A stretch of DNA of 13,134 nucleotides from contig NW_021826336.1 in assembly GCF_006345805.1 (NCBI RefSeq), positions 1-13,134 of the forward strand, read 5' to 3'. The position numbers and the translations under genes were made by a program. The notes below the pieces were generated by a model that made no database searches, was not told where the DNA came from, and saw nothing but the letters and a program-made list of their open reading frames with translations. Every line of letters starts with the position of its first letter. Position 1 is the stretch's first letter. Positions 8,323 through 13,134 of the stretch are shown here, in pieces. Origin of the DNA: Octopus sinensis. Lineage: Eukaryota.

Positions 8323-8640
8323 GTGAAGGCGTATGACTCAGTGGTCAGAGTGTCGGGCTCAAGATCATGAGGTAGTAAGTTCAATTCTTGGACCGGTTTA
8401 TGTTTTGTGTTCTTGAGCAAGACACTTTATTCTACGCTGTTTCAGTTTACACAGCTGTAGAAATTAGTTGTGACGTCACTGGTGCCATGCTGTATCAGCC
8501 TTTACCTTCCTTGGATAACATCACTGACGTTAGGAGGGGAGGCTCTATACATGGGCGACTGCTGGGCTTCCATAAACAACATTGCAGGACTTGTGCCTTG
8601 GAGGGAAACTTTCTAGGTGCAATCCTATAGTCATGCATAA
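8323..8640 (+). mobile_element. tRNA-derived SINE family C
   Basis: A-box-like tgactcagtggt (8334-8345), B-box-like gttcaattc (8379-8387), and gtgttcttgagcaagacac (8407-8425), a motif I recognise from central domains of animal SINEs. The 3' boundary is uncertain. Confidence 0.72.
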
Positions 8641-9929
8641 CCTTGTGTTTTCTCTATTCCAATCGTTAACACATAACTACATATTAACTTGTATTTCGTA
8701 TCTTATATTTTCACTATGTCATTACCTCCCTGCGGATCTAATAGTTGTTGACGCCACTAGATACTCGAACTGTTTAAGGTGTCGAAACCGGGAAAATTCA
8801 TTGAGAATCAGCTGATGAAGGGTATTTTTCTTTTCTTCCAAATATTGTTTTGTCTCTTTATTTGTGCCGAATTTCATCCCTCAGTGCTCCCGACGAATAC
8901 CATTTTCTTACATATCGCCCTGTTGTGTAAAGTGTTGTGACTTATTTGCTTCCTCTTTCTTTGTCATGATTTTCTTTCTTCCCTTCTGTCTCTCACTCTC
9001 TGCTCTATCGCTTTTCTCTCTCTTTCTACTCAGCCTTGTAGCTCTCCCGGCTTCCAACCTCTTCTGCTTCAACAATGTTGTATTACCATTCGTATTTAAC
9101 TGATTTAATTTTCTCAAAAAACACGACCAAGTGCAAAAGTAGATTTGCTGAAAGATTGTGCGAGTTGTATGTCTATGACCTGATCAAATGAGTCTACTCT
9201 CACACATGAGCCCGCCCATAAACCGGAGAATACAGCTATAAGAGGACATTCGCTCTTAGTAGTTACGATTATCTCGAATCTGTGGTGTTCTTTCATTGGA
9301 CCGAAATGATTGGTCTCTCAATTCATTTGTTTTGTATATTGTTTTCCATGCCTGACATTTTTTTAAATAATTAATATCGCATAAATCCTCTCCGTTTTTA
9401 TGATTTGTTCACGTAATTCTGGCAACATTGAAACGAATATTTAGACTTTATAGAACATCACAACATATATTTCGTTTTACATTTTGTGTTTTAAAATATT
9501 CTTACTGATCACCCTCTACTCCGAATGTATCTTAAGCCGTTTGTAATTTTGAACAAAATATCAGTATTAATGAATTCTTGAGCACACCTACATCGATAGG
9601 AATTGTGGTATTTTAAATATGGTTACACTTGTTGAAAATATATTTATCATTCTCTGAAAGAAGTTCGCATATTGAAAAATGCGTTCAGTAATCAACAATA
9701 AAAAAACATTAACTAGTATCTTTTTTTTTTACATAAGTGTGTTTTATACTTATGATACTGAAGATCTGATATTGAACACCAGTTAGTTATTTTTATAAGT
9801 GAATAGATAAGTATATAACGTGTTCTGAGTATGGAACTGTAATAGATGCATGCGACGCATTTACTAATGCTTTCTTTTTAGCAGCCAAGTAAATATCAAC
9901 AGCTAATAATTTTTAGATTTTGTTGAAGT

Positions 9930-9960
9930 ATATATGAATATATGTATATATATAATATAT

Positions 9961-9992
<32 letters not shown>

Positions 9993-10030
9993 GATATATA
10001 TTAATATGTGTGTGTATGTATATATGTATA

Positions 10031-10075
<45 letters not shown>

Positions 10076-10100
10076 ATTATATATATTATATATATATACA
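9930..10100. repeat. (TA)n microsatellite
   Basis: Directly visible. Confidence 0.95.
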
Positions 10101-10149
10101 TAGGAGAGTATTGTAGTTCGCTTGAAGCATTCTGTATTGTTTGTAAAGA

Positions 10150-10442
10150 ATAAAATTTTGAATGGTACAACAATGCACTATAATACAAATAGTGGGCTAT
10201 ATACCTGTTGTAATTTAGTCATCCATAGTATGATAATATTTCGAAATGAAATTCCTTCTTCAGATATTCTTAGATGGAGTCGCTTGTGGGAAAACCGATT
10301 ATAGCAGCGACTCCATCCAAGAATATATGAAGAAGGAATTTTATTTCGAAATATTATCATACTATGGATGACTAAATTACAATAGATATATAGCCTACTA
10401 TTTGTATTATAGTGCATTGCTTTACAATTCAAAACATTTTAT
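10150..10442. mobile_element. Foldback/MITE-like element: ~135-bp inverted arms with a 21-nt spacer
   Basis: Arms 10156-10284 and 10306-10434 have 9 mismatches in 129 ungapped positions by manual alignment. The ORFs at 10122(+) and 10178(-) translate to near-identical peptides. The inverted repeat is certain; the MITE label is inference. Confidence 0.75.
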
Positions 10443-10491
10443 ATTTATTATATATAATATATATTATATAATATATATATATATATATAAA
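10441..10491. repeat. (TA)n microsatellite
   Basis: Directly visible. Confidence 0.9.
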
Positions 10492-10560
10492 TGAATTTTT
10501 TGCGTAATGAGATAAAAAAGCAAGGCTATATATATATATTAGAGCATTTATAGATAGAAG

Positions 10561-10612
10561 GTCTTACAGCTGTTTCCAGGATATTAATTAATAATATTCC
10601 TTCATTGGAGAC
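10561..10612 (-). ncRNA. Type I hammerhead ribozyme-like motif with degenerate core (CCAAUGA)
   Basis: GUCU-CCAAUGA-AGG(A)AUAUUA-uuaau-UAAUAUCCU-G-GAAAC-AGCU-GUA-AGAC. A 15-nt segment is identical to 3419-3433. Confidence 0.65.
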
Positions 10613-10787
10613 GGTGTGAGAGGAAAAATTAAGTCATAGTTAGTTTAGATGGGATACAAAATAGAGAGTGAGGTGGAGGAAAGAAAATAGATGTAAGATA
10701 TGTATTGGTATTGAATTTAACTATGGTCTGTCTATAGCACTTATTCAGCATTACCTGACACCTTTGGGTCTCAATGACACCATTATC

Positions 10788-11204
10788 TCTTATATATATA
10801 TGTCTGTATGTATGTATGTGTGTGTGTGTGCGTGTGTGGGTGTAGGTGTGTGTATGTATATATATGTATATATATGTATATATAAATGCATGCACTACAT
10901 ATAGATAAATACATACATATATATGCATACACACACATATATACACATATGTATATATATGTATATATATACCCACACACATACATGTATATATGCATAC
11001 ACTATATATAGATACATACGTACAAATATATATATAGACACACATACACATACACACATATATATACATATGCACCATATCTACATATATTTATATATGC
11101 ATATATGTATATGTATATAGACATATATGTATATATGTATATATATATGATGTATGCACATATATATGTATATGTATATATGTTTGTATATATATATATA
11201 TATA

Positions 11205-11237
<33 letters not shown>

Positions 11238-11282
11238 CATACATATCTGTCTATCCATCCATCCATCCATCTATCTATCTAA
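10788..11282. repeat. Compound (TA)/(GT)/(CA)/(GTAT)/(CCAT)/(CTAT) microsatellite tract
   Basis: Directly visible. Confidence 0.95.
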
Positions 11283-11624
11283 AACCTAGGTACTACATCA
11301 TTCAAGTTGATTTTACGCTCTAGGCTCATCAGTTTAATTATAGTTGACACGTAATTTTAATTAAACTATATCTGCCGTTTCAATAATTTAGCTCTGAGTA
11401 AACCTATGTTACGTTACGTGTTACGTTGGGGGATTGTATATATATATTCCTAGCGTTAGCTATTGGGTGGGCGCTTCTCAATCATCGGAAAGTGGGACTT
11501 GGAGAGCTTGCTGTTATTTATCGCAAGACTAGAAATTAAGTGTTAAGGAAATTGCAAACAATGGAATCAGAATATTTCTTAATATGATTCTCAACCCATA
11601 CAATGTATATCTACATAAGGAGCC

Positions 11625-11896
11625 TCTGTGTGCGCACGTGCGGGTATTTCTGTGTGTGTGTGCGTGTACATAGAAATATATATATATAAATGCATAGAAT
11701 ACATGTATACTTGTATATATATATAAATATGATATATTTATATATATATTTAATCTATGTAAACGTGATTATATACATCATATATGCATATATAAGTATA
11801 CATATGTATGTATGATGTATATATATTATTATTTTATACTATATATAATATATATACATACTATATATATATATATATCTCCATACATACATATAT

Positions 11897-11947
<51 letters not shown>
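11625..11947. repeat. (GT)n/(TA)n microsatellite-rich tract
   Basis: Directly visible. Confidence 0.9.
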
Positions 11948-11948
<1 letters not shown>

Positions 11949-12279
11949 CATCATCAGCTCAAAATTTCTGGAAATGTTGATCTCTATATCCAACTAATCC
12001 AGGAACGACGTTCTCAAGTATCGATGTACGTGTGATCTTTCGTTATTTTTCCCTCTATACCTGCGTGAGTTATTTTTGAGTATACATTGTCTGAGAGACT
12101 TTTCTTATAGAAGAGGAAATAGCTAAGATTTTTTGGCTGCTATTTCTAAAAGTTCGGTGTGTGGTAAAGTAAATTATTTTACTGAACCCTAATTATATAA
12201 CGTAATGTTTTAAATATAGCGTAAATGGTCTTTTTACATACTGAACACTACTTATTAATTTTACCCTTTTATTATTGAC

Positions 12280-12452
12280 AATATATATATATATATATAT
12301 AAATATATACATATACAAATATATACATACACATACATGTATTTATATTTACCCACCTACAAAACAGTGTCTGTGTATGCATGTATTTGTCAATGTATAT
12401 GCATAAACACACATATACACACACTCATGTATATACGCTTACATATATGTAC
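12280..12452. repeat. (TA)n/(CA)n microsatellite-rich tract
   Basis: Directly visible. Confidence 0.85.
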
Positions 12453-12665
12453 TCACTTCTCCTCACAATCTTACATGGTCCCTCACAGGAACATTAATTT
12501 TCGACTTATTATACCCTGCTCTTTATCCATGGATGACACAAAAGCCACTTCACTACATTGCTCACATCCTACTAGTCACTATACTTCCTCATTCTGTGGT
12601 CAATATCATTGAAACCATCCTTCTAACTATACATTTGCAGCATGTATGCCCCTTCCTTTATATTC

Positions 12666-12865
12666 TTTTCTACTCTAGGCACAAGACCCGAAATTTTTGG
12701 GGAGGGTGGGGCCAGTCGATTAGATCGACCCCAGTACGCAACTGGTACTTAATCTATCGACCCCAAAACGATGAAAGACAAAGTCGACCTCGGCGGAATT
12801 TGAACTCAGAACACGAAGACAGAAGAGATACCACTAAGCATTCCGCCTGACGTGCTAACGTTTCT
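12666..12865 (-). mobile_element. SINE family A copy lacking the extreme 5' head
   Basis: Tail ctaggcacaagacccgaaattttt, body tcgattagatcgacccc...aactggtact...aaagtcgacctcggcg, B-box complement at 12795-12805; ends at cgtgctaacgtttct. Confidence 0.92.
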
Positions 12866-13068
12866 TATTTCTTTACTCTCCACAAGGGGCTACACACAGA
12901 GAGGACGAACAAGGACAGACAAACGGATTAAGTCGATTATATCGACCCCAATGCGTAACTGGTAATTATTTAATCGACCCCGAAAGGATGAAAGGCAAAG
13001 TCAACCTCGCCGGAATTTGAACTCTAAGCATTTCCCCTGGCGTGCTAACGAGTCTGCCAGCTCGCCGT
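12861..13068 (-). mobile_element. SINE family A variant with a different 3' tail and an internal deletion
   Basis: Tail tttcttatttctttactctccacaaggggctacacacagagaggacgaacaaggacagac differs from the other copies. B-box complement at 13012-13022 is directly followed by taagcatttc (hairpin arm deleted). Head is ctaacgagtctgccagctcgccg. Confidence 0.9.
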
Positions 13069-13134
13069 CCGTCCTTTATATTTTCGAATTCAGTAAGTCT
13101 TAAAGTTCTTTGACTTATCTTCTTTTAGCTACTT

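Noticed and set aside
8755-8830. GAAAC (8796-8800) followed by CUGAUGA near 8813
   Set aside because: The order and helices do not give a consistent hammerhead topology (no helix III/NUH, no helix I).
10629-11078. 149-aa minus ORF upstream of the HHR at 10561, possible Penelope endonuclease C-terminus
   Set aside because: The first two thirds is microsatellite, and the remaining ~50 aa show no GIY-YIG or RT motif I can recognise.
1-13134. Minus-strand bias of SINE A and HHR modules as evidence for a host intron
   Set aside because: Too few elements, and family B copies occur on both strands; not statistically meaningful.
1-13134. CRISPR array, rRNA, autonomous transposase or RT gene
   Set aside because: No repeat-spacer array, rRNA similarity or long ORF with catalytic motifs is present.

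Overview
AT-rich, non-coding eukaryotic DNA dominated by (TA)n/(CA)n/(GT)n microsatellites and interspersed repeats. The SINE sequences resemble repeats I recall from Octopus genomes, so the taxon is inferred, not verified. No protein-coding gene is supported; nearly all listed ORFs are translations of microsatellites or SINEs. At least four tRNA-derived SINE-like families are present in about 15 full or partial copies. There is also a ~290-bp foldback (MITE-like) element and a 58-bp direct repeat pair. The most notable signal is three hammerhead-ribozyme (HHR)-like modules, all on the minus strand. Two (3414-3551, 10561-10612) share an identical GAAAC-AGCU-GUA-AGA segment, a self-complementary helix III, a covarying helix I pair and a non-canonical C at core position 4. 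The third (7950-7992) sits inside a composite tRNA-headed, SINE-like element (7890-8237). Together these suggest ribozyme-bearing non-autonomous retroelements of the Penelope-like/retrozyme type.
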